Assembly (NCBI GenBank): GCA_050613775.1
Contig: JBODTK010000139.1
Span: 62,001-126,000 of the forward strand
From: Neocallimastix sp. 'constans'
Lineage: Eukaryota
Length of the DNA stretch: 64,000 bases
Direction of reading: 5' to 3'
Positions 1-11,339 of this stretch are shown here, piece by piece (positions within the stretch are counted from its first letter, which is position 1; each line of letters opens with the position of its first letter). A program made the position numbers and the translations under genes. Below the pieces are notes generated by a model that saw only the letters and a list, made by a program, of their open reading frames with translations, did no database searches and was not told the DNA's origin.

Positions 1-1927
1 TTACTTCTGCTCCCGTTCTCGCTTATCCTAACCGAAATCTCCCATTCATGGTCGAAACCGATAGCAGTAATTTTGCTATAGGTGCTGTTCTCTCTCAAAC
101 TTCTTCAAAAGATAATAAAATTCATCCCATTGCCTTTTATTCAAGATCTCTTACTTCACCAGAAAGAAACTACCCGATTTACGATAAGGAGCTCTTAGCA
201 ATCATCTCTGCATTGGAAAACTGGCGACATCCTCTGAAAGGAACACCTACACCGTTTACAATTTATTCTGATCATCGCAACCTTCTCTATCAGAAAAAAC
301 CTGAAAAGATGACACAAAGGCTTATTCGTTGGTCTCTATTCTTATCCGAGTTTAACTTCAAAATTGTCTATCGCTCTGGCTCAATCAATGGAAAACCCGA
401 TGCGCTCTCAAGAAGACCTGATTATGCTGCTTCTGAACAAAATTCTAATGAAATCCCCTTCTCAGTGCTCCGTCCTGAAAACTTTGCTGCTTTCCCAACT
501 TCCGCTGTACCTTTCACTGAAGAAATCCTTTCCGAATGTAAAAACGATTCATTTTATCATAACGTTTGTGACTACCTTGGAAATAACAAGCTCCCAATCC
601 CACATCCTAAAATCGATAAATTCTCACTTAGTAACGGTTACCTTCTCTTTGACAACAAACTTTATATTCCGCCTAACTGCCGCTCACACGCTTTTAAGAT
701 CTGCCATGACTCTCCCTCCGCTGGTCACTTCGGAATTCGAAAAACAATTAATCTTTTAAATCGCGACTTTTGGTGGTCCTCGCTTAACTCTGATGCTAAA
801 GACTATATTCGCTCCTGCGAAACTTGCTGCCGTTCTAAGGACTCAAGACACAATCCTTATGGATACTTACAACCGCTTGAAATTCCTAATCGCCCTTGGA
901 TCTCTATTGCTATGGATTTTATTACCGATCTCCCTGAATCTTCTGGTTTTACTTGTATCTTTGTCATTGTCGACCGCTTCTCTAAAATGTGCCACTTTAT
1001 TCCTTTTGAAAACGTTCCTTCCGCCCCTGACACTGCTTCTGCTTTTATGAAAACCGTCTTTCGACTCCACGGCTTACCAAATGAAATTCTATCCGATAGA
1101 GGAATCCAATTTACCTCTAAATTTTGGACTGCTGTTTGCGATGCCCTCGACATTAAGTTGAAGTTCTCTTCTCCATCCCATCACCAAACTAACGGTTTGA
1201 CGGAGAGGGTGAACTCCGTTATTGAACAATATTTAAGATGTTTTGCTAACTACAAAGGATCTAATTGGAGTAACTATCTTTATCTGGCCGAATTCAGTTA
1301 CAACAATGCAATCCAGGAATCGTCTAATTACTCACCTTTCTATGCAAATTATGGATTCAATCCTAGGCATTCACCAGAAATACCAAGTAACATCGATGTA
1401 CCAAGAGCTGAAGACTTTGTAGTAAATTTATCTGATCTCTCTAAGGAATTAAAAAAGAATTTGGAAACCGCCTCTAAGAAACAAGAAAACTTTGCAAATA
1501 AACACAGAACCCAGAATTCAAGAAAAATGATAAAGTATGGCTGAATAGTTCTCTCATTTTAAGAAACAAAAACAAAAAACTTAAACCAAGAAAATTAGGA
1601 CCTTTCAAAATTATAAAGAAAATCTCTCCGGTAACTTACAAATTAGATCTACCAAAGAAGTATAGAATTCATCCAATTATACATGTATCCGAATTAGAAC
1701 CATATTATGAAGACAATTTTAATAGAACTCAAGCACCACCTCCACCGGTTATCATAGATGATGAAGAAGAATATGAAGTTGAAAAGATTCTGGATAAAAG
1801 AAAACATTATGAAAAAATTCAATATCTCATCAAATGGAAAGGATACTCACTATCTGATGCCTCGTGGGAACCTGAATCCAACCTCAACTGCCCTGAACTA
1901 ATCAAAGAATTTAATGAGTCCAACTAA
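1..1927 (+). pseudogene. pol: Ty3/gypsy (chromovirus) pol, 3' part: RNase H, integrase, GPY/F motif and canonical chromodomain; frameshift near 1510
   Basis: ORF 48-1544 has RNase H (ETDSSNFAIGAVL, ERNYPIYDKELLAI), HHCC (H..SAGHFG..CETC) and the integrase core (AMDF, SDRG, NGLTERVN). After the frameshift another frame reads KVWLN..KLGPFKI..HVSELEPY..EEYEVEKILDKRK..QYLIKWKGY..DASWEPESNL to TAA at 1925-1927. Confidence 0.95.
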
Positions 1928-1995
1928 ATATAAATCATTTAATCAAAAATAAATTTTATTTCATCAAAGTACTATTAATCATTCTAACTTATGAT

Positions 1996-2028
<33 letters not shown>

Positions 2029-2249
2029 TATTTTATATTATTCAAAAACATTTATTCTAGATAGTTTTATTTTTATACTTTATTTTCAAAACTTAAAATT
2101 CATGTAATTTTTATTATCCAATGTATTAATTAAATTATCACTCCTATAAGTATTTTAGTTATAGTTTATTATTATAAAAGTTAGAATTAGAAATAGTTTA
2201 GATTTAAAGTAAAAGATTCGTCTGGCATCCGAATCCTAGAGGAGGACCA

Positions 2250-2874
2250 TGTAACGAATCTTAAAAAATTAGAAATTAGAATGCTGGCATAGTGGTTAGT
2301 CACTATGACCTCAGCCTGAACCACTAGGGTTCGACTCACACCTTTACTAAAATTTTATATCATTTAAATTTTAAAGAATTTTTATACTTCATTTCTGTAT
2401 TTGTTTCTGTATTTGTTTCTGTATTTGTTTCTGTATAAATTTCTGAAAAAATTAACAAAAGAAATTCTTAGAAATTAATAGAAACAAATCAGATAGAAAT
2501 TCTATTTTAATTTATCTTTTATCATTATTTCTTTTAGATTCTTTTTAACCGAAAATAATCAATTTTTATGAAACTTTTTAATGATTTTATGGTTTTAAAT
2601 TTTTATGGATTTAAATTTTGAAAAACTATAAATAGGAGTGAATTTCGCAGCCAAAAAAAAAAAAAAATATATTCTAAAAATTGTGTTTTTATTAATTATT
2701 GAATTAATTAATAAGTAATTCGAAATATTACAATAATTAATCCTTATAATTAATATTTTTAAATTTCTTAATTAATAAAACTATATTTTAAAAAACCAAA
2801 TTACTTATTAATCAAAAAGTGCTTACCTATTGTGTTACACTCTTTAAAACACGGATATTCCAATATTCGTTACA
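2250..2874 (+). mobile_element. 3' LTR of the 1-1927 chromovirus
   Basis: Follows the purine tract AGAGGAGGA; perfect 10-bp terminal inverted repeat TGTAACGAAT...ATTCGTTACA; TATA-like CTATAAATAGG at ~2626. Confidence 0.85.
2285..2337 (+). promoter_or_regulatory. Pol III type-2 (tRNA-like) A box and B box inside the LTR
   Basis: TGGCATAGTGG matches the A-box consensus TRGCNNAGYGG; GGTTCGACTC, about 33 nt downstream, matches the B-box consensus. Confidence 0.55.
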
Positions 2875-3349
2875 CTTAGTAGCAGAAATATTTTCTGAAT
2901 TATAATTACCATTTCAAAAATTATTATTGAAGTTTTCTTTATTAATTTCATGAATATCAAAATTATAATAGGAAAAACAAAATCTAAATTATCTAAAATT
3001 TTGTTTCTAATTTCATTATTAGTGGAATATTTCATTAAAAAATTTTCATTAGTATGTTCTATATTGACGTTATTACAACAAGGCAGTGGCTACGGTAATA
3101 TGAATTCACTAAATTAGTTGCTTTATGAACTTTACTGTCCACATTGAGCCTCATTAATATATTAAAATCTTTTGTTGATTGTAGATATTTTAGTCCGAGT
3201 TAAAAATATTTTCTTTTAGTTTCAGATTTATTCTTTATGTATTGCTTTTACTGAATTATTAAATAAATATTTATTCCAATAAAATTCCTTAATTTTTATT
3301 TTTTAATCAAATTTTACTAGTCTCCTTGAAAAGATACTACTTTCTTTGA

Positions 3350-3610
3350 TCCTAAATAGCATGTATATTTAAGAATATCATTAGTATGAGTCGAAATATT
3401 TCTCTTCGAATTTTTTCTATTTTTCAAAACAACGAGTATAAGCTAAATCACAACTTGCTGATAGTGGTGGAATATTGGGTTCATTTGTGATAGCATAGTC
3501 TGACACAAAAGAATTTTTACCTGAAAATCTACATATTTAATAAAGGCTTTTGCTAATGAGTTGCTGTGTACCATCCGTTCTGGAGCGTAGTAGGCTACTC
3601 CACTAATAAT
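3350..3610 (-). pseudogene. Heavily decayed coding remnant, possibly the C-terminus of a non-LTR (LINE) ORF2
   Basis: Minus strand gives broken peptide VAYYAP..TQQLISKSLY*..KNSFVSDYAITNEPNIPPLSASC..RCFEK*; GC content is higher than the flanks. Family assignment is tentative. Confidence 0.3.
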
Positions 3611-4149
3611 AACTGATGATACAACTGTACTTTTTTATTTTTTTAATGGAATTGGAATTAAAAGATTTCTAAGATAAATTCAAACATATAAAAAGCTTTT
3701 TTTATTTTATTTTTCATTGATTTAATAACTGGCTGGAGAGAGATTGTATTATCATACAGAACATCGAGTTATATATAATACTTTGTTTTTAGGAATAGAG
3801 ATCTTATTATAATTTTGGTAATAATGAGATACCAAAAACAAAGATCTTTACTTTTTCTTTGAATTGGTGTAATCGGATAAGCAATAATTGTTACAGATTT
3901 ATTAATACAAACAGTCATATGATTAGCTTTATCCAAGTTATTAATTTTTTCTATAATTTTCTCATATAATTTCTTGAATAAGCACATAAAGCAATTTTAT
4001 TATCAAAAGGAGCTCCCCAACAAGATTTTATTCCAACTTTAATTCATTATTTCTTTCAACCTTTAAATATATCATTAATGAAATGATTGAAAAAAATAGG
4101 AAATAAAGGAGAGCCTTGTCGAACACTTTATAATTACCGATAGAGAAAC

Positions 4150-5023
4150 CCAGTTTACAAGTCAAGTGTGAAAGGAATTTGTAGAGTTCTTTGGAACCGA
4201 GATAAACTATGCAACAACAAGCTACCACAAAATTTTATACCAAGTCGAAAGGAACAATGCCTACGTAGAAACTTACTTACGGTGCTTCATCGTAGGTTCC
4301 AACAGTTGGAAACTACTTTGATGAAAGCTGGACGGACTACTTGTTCTTAGCAGAGTTCTGTTATAACAATTCAATCCACGCTTCTACCCAACAGTCTCTA
4401 TTCCTTGCTTAGTATAATTACCAAGTTCACAATTCCCCATAGACAGAAGATTTAGTACACTCATTAGGCGAAGTATAGATGATTGATAGTTTTGCTTACA
4501 ACTTAGGAAACCTCAGACACATATAAGAAATAGCTCAGACTATATATATGGATAACATGGATAAAAGTAAAATTGATAACTACCCCAGATATTGATTGTT
4601 AGATAAAGTATTGTTGAAAAAGCCAGAGAATTACGACGAACTACTCTTTTACAAGCAAACTACAAGGAAGTATGGACCCTTTAAAGTAATAGATGTTCAT
4701 GAGGAAAAGAAAAACTATAAGTTAGTTATTAGTCGTTCACCATTTCCAAAAATGTACCCAGTTTTCCACGTAAGCGAGTTAGAACCATACTATAAATTAC
4801 CGAAAACGTTGGTGCTGGCTCCTACTGGTAACAAATGATAATTCATATTCTTGGATCAATAAAATACCAAAATCAATACCAGTACCTAGTCTCATACAAG
4901 AATGATAAACAAAAGTGTATCAACCCCGAAGTAATCGACGACAATCCTCACTATACGGAGTTGCTGGATGATTACCAAGATTTTAGTTATAGCCAGTTTA
5001 TTACTAACGTCGTCAATCATTAG
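4150..5023 (+). pseudogene. pol: Family A gypsy integrase C-terminal fragment with degenerate chromodomain-like tail
   Basis: Broken frames with QVERNNAYVE, LAEFCYNNS, KYGPFKV, FHVSELEPYY and QYQYLVSY; homologous to 11340-12700 and 40690-42245. Confidence 0.9.
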
Positions 5024-5049
5024 TAGCTTGCTCCTTGGGAGAGCCGTTT

Positions 5050-5240
5050 TGACAGATACATGGTAACATAAGGCTTATCCAATAATAGTCTTTAGGTTAC
5101 ATAATGTATCTATATACAGTTAGCAATTTCTAGCTAATCAAATAAAAATTTACTTAATTTCGTACATTATTTTTTAATATATTTTTAGTTAATTATTATT
5201 TATATAATTTATTAAATGATTAATATATCTTGTTAAAATA
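5050..5240 (+). mobile_element. Family A 3' LTR, truncated
   Basis: Starts TGACAGATACATGGTAAC, matching family A LTR starts at 32749 and 36638; lies directly after the pol stop codon and a purine tract. Confidence 0.75.
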
Positions 5241-5243
5241 AAT

Positions 5244-5518
5244 GGGAGAGTTGTATTTCTCCAAATTACATTTCGCCAAGTGGCGTAGTATTAAAATGTT
5301 GCATTTCCCCAAGTTGCATTTCCCCAAGTTGCATTTCGACAAGTGGAGTATTGATATAAATAAATGAATAAATTAATAAATATTAATCCAAAATAATTTT
5401 TTTTAAATTGTTTTTATTCGATATTAATAATATTTAATTTTATTTATTGATTTATTTATTTATTTAATAATTTTCAATGCAACTTGGCGAAATGCAATTT
5501 GGCAAAATGCCCCACACC
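5244..5518. mobile_element. MITE-like non-autonomous DNA transposon
   Basis: Imperfect terminal inverted repeats of ~40 bp built from TTGCATTTCGCCAAG units (5244-5345 versus AACTTGGCGAAATGCAA at 5475-5518) around an AT-rich core; no clear TSD. Confidence 0.55.
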
Positions 5519-5520
5519 TC

Positions 5521-5809
5521 ATAATTATATTTTTCTAAATTTAGCTATAGTTTATAAATTTATTATTTAATAAAATTCAATAGGATAGTTTTATATTAAA
5601 ATATATGTAATTTAAATAAAATAATATATTATCAATGTATTTAGGAAAAGTATAAATAGAAGATACTTTTCACATTTTTTTTTTGATGTAATTGTTATTA
5701 ATTATTAATAATTATAAAATATTAAGAAAAAATATTTTTAATAAAAAATTTTATTAAAATAAAATCTTATCGTATTGTTATTGTAATCTATTTTGGTCTT
5801 TCTATTACA
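5521..5809. mobile_element. Partial family B LTR (inverted relative to 10214-10924)
   Basis: Reverse complement aligns with ~10214-10512 (AAAAGTATCTTCTATTTATACTTTTCCTAAATACATTG block). Confidence 0.8.
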
Positions 5810-5884
5810 CGGTCAGAGTAGATTGCACCAAGGTATCGCGTGTGGCTTCGATAGGTTCTTTTATTGTAACTGAAAAGTAAGGAT

Positions 5885-6803
5885 GTTTAGCATGACAGGT
5901 CAATGCAATTTAAAAAGAAAAATAATTTAAAATATGTTTTTATAGAAAAATGTTTTATTAATATTTAAAAATTTAAAATAATATTTAATTAATTAACAGA
6001 TGTAATATTTGAAATTACTTGTAAGTTACTTAGTTAATTAGTAGTTAATTTAATAAAAGAACGAAAAAAAAAATCATTCGTGAAATTGCACAATTTATAT
6101 TTATAACGGAAAAACAGTTTTAAAATGAAATAACAATTTTACAGAAATATTTAGAAATATATTAGTAATAATTAATAATAAAAACTTCTGTAAAATAGAT
6201 GTTAATTGATGATGTTGAATTTTATAAAAATAATAATAAAACAATATTTTAAAATAGGAAATTCTAAATTCATTTCGGTTGAATTACAAATTTTTTTTTA
6301 TTTAGAATGATCTAGCTAAAATATTACTAATACAAATTTATTTAATTGGTTATAATTATTATTAGAGCTTTCTAAAATATTCTGATAAAAATAAAAATAC
6401 TATTCTAATATAAAGGATTTTAATAGAATAAAATATTTTTCAATATAAAATAAAACATTTCTATATAAAATTTTTTAATAAAAGTAAAAATATAATATAT
6501 AAAGCTTTAATTATCAATATATAAAAATATTATTAATACAAATTTTCATTATTAATATAAAAATAAAAAAAATAAGATTTATTATTAATATTGCTAATAT
6601 AAGTTTTTCTAAATATATAAAAATATAATTATTAATATAGGATTTAATATAAAAAAATAAAGTTTAATATAATTTTTGATTCAATTTTTAATCTTTTGAA
6701 TTTTAAAAATTTATCAAAGTACAGAAATAATAATGTACACATAATGTATTAGAAATAAATAATCAATTTGATTAATAATGCATTATTTAGTACATTCTTA
6801 TCA
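5885..6803 (-). mobile_element. Family E 3' LTR (left boundary approximate)
   Basis: Minus strand starts TGATAAGAATGTAC after the pol stop and TCGGGGTCTCT; similar to 20529-21353 and 31443-32200. Confidence 0.75.
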
Positions 6804-6833
6804 AGAGACCCCGACGAAGACTCAAGCTTCTCT

Positions 6834-8275
6834 TTAAGCGGAGTTAAACTTTACTAAATTTTTAAAATGAATATTCCTATCGAGTTGCTTTCCAGTCTTC
6901 TGATCGATTAGGGTTGCTGTATTGAATTGGATTTTTAGAATTTTGAATGGTCCGTTATAATATGGTTCTAACTTAGTACGGCTAAAGTTTCTAACTATGA
7001 CTAGATCACCGACTTTTAATTCTTTTCCTTTGTTCATGCTTATATGTTCTTCTCTTCTTGTTGCCCAATACTTGTTGGCATTCTTCACATTTTCGCATGC
7101 TTCTCTAGTCCATTGGTAGTGTCGAACAAATTTTTCCATGAGGATTTCGTCATAAGATTTGCCGGCGTTTTCTATTGTTCTTACGGCTATGTCATATGGC
7201 TGTTGATCTTCTCTTCCATATACTTGTTCAAAACTGGAATGGCCTGTAGTTGTATTCTCAGTGGTTCTCAGAACCCATAGAGCAGACGACCGAACTTCAT
7301 CCCAATCTTGATTTTTCTTTCCTAATAAACGAAGCAATTTTCCAATTTCTTTATTTCGGTTTTCGGTAAGACCATTGGATTCAGGGTGATAGGTAGCTAC
7401 GAATTTTATATAAACGTCGTAAAGATCAAGAAAGATTTTTGTAGTATCCTTCTTGGCCAATATTATGAGCTACTAAAATTAATTTGTATTTCTTATTTTC
7501 ATTTGTTATTAGTTTTCTGTAATTTCCATTATTGATAAAGTAATTTTCTCCATCAATAACTGTAAACTTTTCGTTGATAAATTCTTTTATAACTTTAGAT
7601 AACAATTCTTCATTATTTCCATTGGTTATTTTAATCAACAAAACTTTCTAATCTTCCTTACTTTTTATTCTTGAAAGTGCATAAGCTAAAATGTTCTTTT
7701 TACAGGATTCATATTTTATATTAATTTCAAGCATACTAGCGGTTAAACACCATCTTGTCTGTCTTGCATTCAAAGGTTCTTTATTTTTAAATAAACCAAT
7801 TAATGGTTTATGATCGGTATAATAGTTAAAGGTAATGGATTTCCTTCGATATAAGATTTAAATTTAGTCATACAATAGAACAAAGCTGTTCCTTCCAAAT
7901 CTGTGATACCATAATTCTTCTCAGCTTTCTTCAAACTTCTACTTATAAAGTGTATTGGGTGTTCCTTTCCAGTTTTTTCTTCTTTTTGTAAGAGAACGCC
8001 ACCAATTCCATTATACGAGGCGTCTGTCTAATAATAAAAGGTTTGTCAAATAAAGTAAATTTAGAATAGGTGCGTTGATTAATTTTTCTTTTAGGAGTTC
8101 AAAACTTTCCTGTTGTTCTTTATTCCATTCATACTTAGTATTCTTTTTCAATAATTTACATAAAAATGAGGTAATTTGAGCATATTTAGGAATAAAGTCA
8201 CGATAATATCCTACTGCTCCAAGGAATGATCTCAGTTCATGTAATGATGAAGGGGCTTCCCACTTCTTAATATTC
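6834..8275 (-). pseudogene. pol: Gypsy pol fragment (end of RT, RNase H, deleted integrase) of the E-LTR lineage; no chromodomain
   Basis: LRSFLGAVGYYRDFIP, *TDASYNGIGGVL, AEKNYGITDLE, YHPESNGLTE and YNGPFKI motifs, with stops and an internal deletion near 7445. Confidence 0.9.
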
Positions 8276-9139
8276 CTGACAAATACTGTTAATTATTTTA
8301 TTAATTATTTATATTTTTATAAATTAGTTTTTTATTTTTCCTTTTAAAAAATTCATTAATTCATTAAATTATTTTTGTTGTGGACCATTATTTTCAACAT
8401 ATCTTTGTTGACTATTATTTTCAACCCTTTTTTTATGTTATTATTTTTTAATATTTATCCATTATTTTCAACTTAATTTTTTAATTAATTGACTATTATT
8501 ACAGCTTATTTTATATATATTATTATTATTATTTATTTTTTATTAAAATAATTAATTGACAATTATTTTCAACTTAATTATTTTATTAGTTTACTATTAT
8601 TTTCAATTTAATTATTATTTTTTATTATTATTATTATTATTTTTTAATTAAATGAAAATATGAAGACTTCATTTAAATACTGTATAAAAATTCTATATAT
8701 TTTAATCTCTTTTTTTTATATATATATCCTTTTTTTTATTTATTTATTAATAAGTTTTCCTTATATATATATTTATCATAAAATAGGAATTTTTAAGAGT
8801 ATAAAATATAAAATAATTAATTATTATATTTATTATTATTACTATTTATTTATATGCATTATATGTAATTCTACTTAGTCTTAATATGAAGCTCAACTGG
8901 TGAGTTGAGACTCTTAATCTGTTAAAATGAAAAGTATCTTTATTATATTCAACTGTGTGAAAGAATATGTAAATTCATATTTTATATTTTTAAGATATTT
9001 ATAGTTATTATATTATGTGGCTCGTTATTATTATTGGTCATATAACTTACACAAAATATATTAGCATACATAAAACTAGTCCTTAAATTAACATAATTAT
9101 AAACTTTAATATTTATATTTCTAACATAAAATATTGAAA

Positions 9140-9589
9140 TTTATTATCAAAATCTTTGCATATTATATTTTAATTTAAAAATATAATATTTAGCTATTAT
9201 TAGATTCTATATTTTATTTATATTAAATATTTATATTATTATCTTATTTTATATTACCAATATCAAACTTATATTAATACTATTACATATTCATATTAAT
9301 AATTAGTATTTTAATAATCAATTATTTTATATAAATACATGTTTAAATCTTTTGATTAATCCTTTTTAGGATTATTACAATTTAAATTATAGTAATAATT
9401 ATATAAAATAATAATGTAATAAAATATTATTAAGATTAAATAAAATTTATATTTTATATAAAAACTTATTTATAAGATTTACTAATAGCAATATGTTTTA
9501 AATAAGAGTAAATTTAAATTATTAATTAATTGCTATAATATGGCATCTTGACCTAATCGTTAAGACCAAATTATCTCAAAACTTTGACA
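9140..9589. mobile_element. Family G LTR fragment (second, inverted copy at 19792-20240)
   Basis: Shared block TGGCATCTTGACCTAATCGTTAA..AAAACTTTGACA; reverse complement at ~19792-19840 and onward. Confidence 0.7.
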
Positions 9590-10072
9590 TAATTTATTAT
9601 ATAAAAATATATTATTATATTCTTTACTATTAATAATTTTCTTATATTCTATATAATAATTTTTTTATATTAATTATATTTTATAATTTTAAATATTAAA
9701 TTTATGTAATTAATTAATGTGATTAGTTTTAATAATGTAATTAAATAATATAAAAAATATGGATAATCCATATTTTATATGAGGGGGCCTTTCTGAGGAA
9801 AGAATTAGCAAAAATAGTGTTGAAAATGAAATAGAAATAAGAAATAATTGAAAAGTTTCCTATATTGTTATTAAAATAAATATTAATATTAATAAAGTTA
9901 TTTTTAACAATAAAATAAATATATAATTTATAAATAATAAATATTTTGAATAATAATTCTTTAAATAAAATTTATAATGTGTAGTAATAAATTCTTTTAG
10001 TGTAATTTAGTAGTTAGTTAATTTATCCATTTATTAATTTTCACACTCCTTTTACAATATGAACCTCAACAA

Positions 10073-11326
10073 TATAAAAGGTAAGTTTATTATTAACTAA
10101 TATAACTAACAATAATTATATTTAAAGGCTAAGATAATTTAACACCTCTCTATTCGAGTTGTTAATAATAAACACTAAAATTAATTATAATTATAATTAT
10201 TTATTTCTATTACTGTAAAAGGAGACACTAAAATAGATTACAATAATAAAGACACAATAAATTTTATTTTATTAAAAAATTTTTATTAAAAATATATTTT
10301 ATTAATATTTAATATTTATTAATAGTTATTTGTTCAATAACAATTACATCGAGAAAAAAATGTGAAAAGTATCTTCTATTTATACTTTTCCTAAATACAT
10401 TGATAATATATCATTTTATTTAAATTACATATATTTTAATATAAAACTATCCTAATGAATTTTATTAAATAATAAATTTATAAACTATAGTTAAATTTAG
10501 AAAAATATAATTATTAAACTTAATACTAAATAATTAAAATTAAGTATATTTATTATCTATTTATTATTTTCATATTATAAGTAAAGTCTTTATTTATTTT
10601 CGATTTAAAAACAATGTTAAAGGAGTCATGATTAAATTTTGAAACTTATTTTTCATAAAATAAATTATTAATTTATTTTGTTTTAAACTTTAATTAATTT
10701 ATTTAAATTATTTTAAAAACAATAGTTTTCTCGGAATTAAATTTTATAAAAATTATTACATTAAAAATTTGCCTTGTGGCTTAAAGAATATAATTCAAAA
10801 TTTTAGTTCATATGATTTATTTACTTTATTTATTATTTTATAAATCAAAGAATAATTTATATTTTTGAATTACACAAGAAAAATTTTTAATTTAAAATGT
10901 GATTGGGATAATCACATCTTTACAATTACACTAGAATATAGCGCAGCACTTTATAACTCTATCAGTTATTAGTTACTGGGCTTACACTGGGTTATTTATT
11001 TATTTTAGTAATTAATTTTTATTTATTAATATTAATATTTATTTTAACAATTGACGTTAATAGTAACGCTAGTGCGTTACAGTTATAAGTACATTTTTTT
11101 TTTATACATGTTAATAATTTAATGATTGGTATATAATTTAATTTAACTTGATTTACTAATCAACTAAATAAAAATATATTTAAATAAATATTTAACTATA
11201 TAATAAACTATAAAATAATAAAATTTAATGTACTAAATTAAAAAAAAGATTTTATTTGATTAGCTAAAATTGCTAACTGTTTATAGATTCGTTACGTAAC
11301 CAAAGAACTATCATGTATCTGTTATA
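10073..11326 (-). mobile_element. Family A 3' LTR interrupted by a family B solo LTR
   Basis: Reverse complement of the 32749-33305 LTR; preceded on the minus strand by the purine-rich tract AGGGTTAGGGGT and the pol stop. Confidence 0.9.
10214..10924. mobile_element. Family B solo LTR
   Basis: TGTAAA...TTTACA termini flanked by the 5-bp TSD ATTAC (10209-10213 and 10925-10929); removing it restores the family A LTR. Confidence 0.9.
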
Positions 11327-11339
11327 ACCCCTAACCCTA

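Noticed and set aside
364..1153. Alternative-frame and antisense ORFs overlapping pol (also at 7044, 13460, 57671, 58011 and 60922)
   Set aside because: Shadow ORFs of retroelement coding sequence with no recognisable domains.
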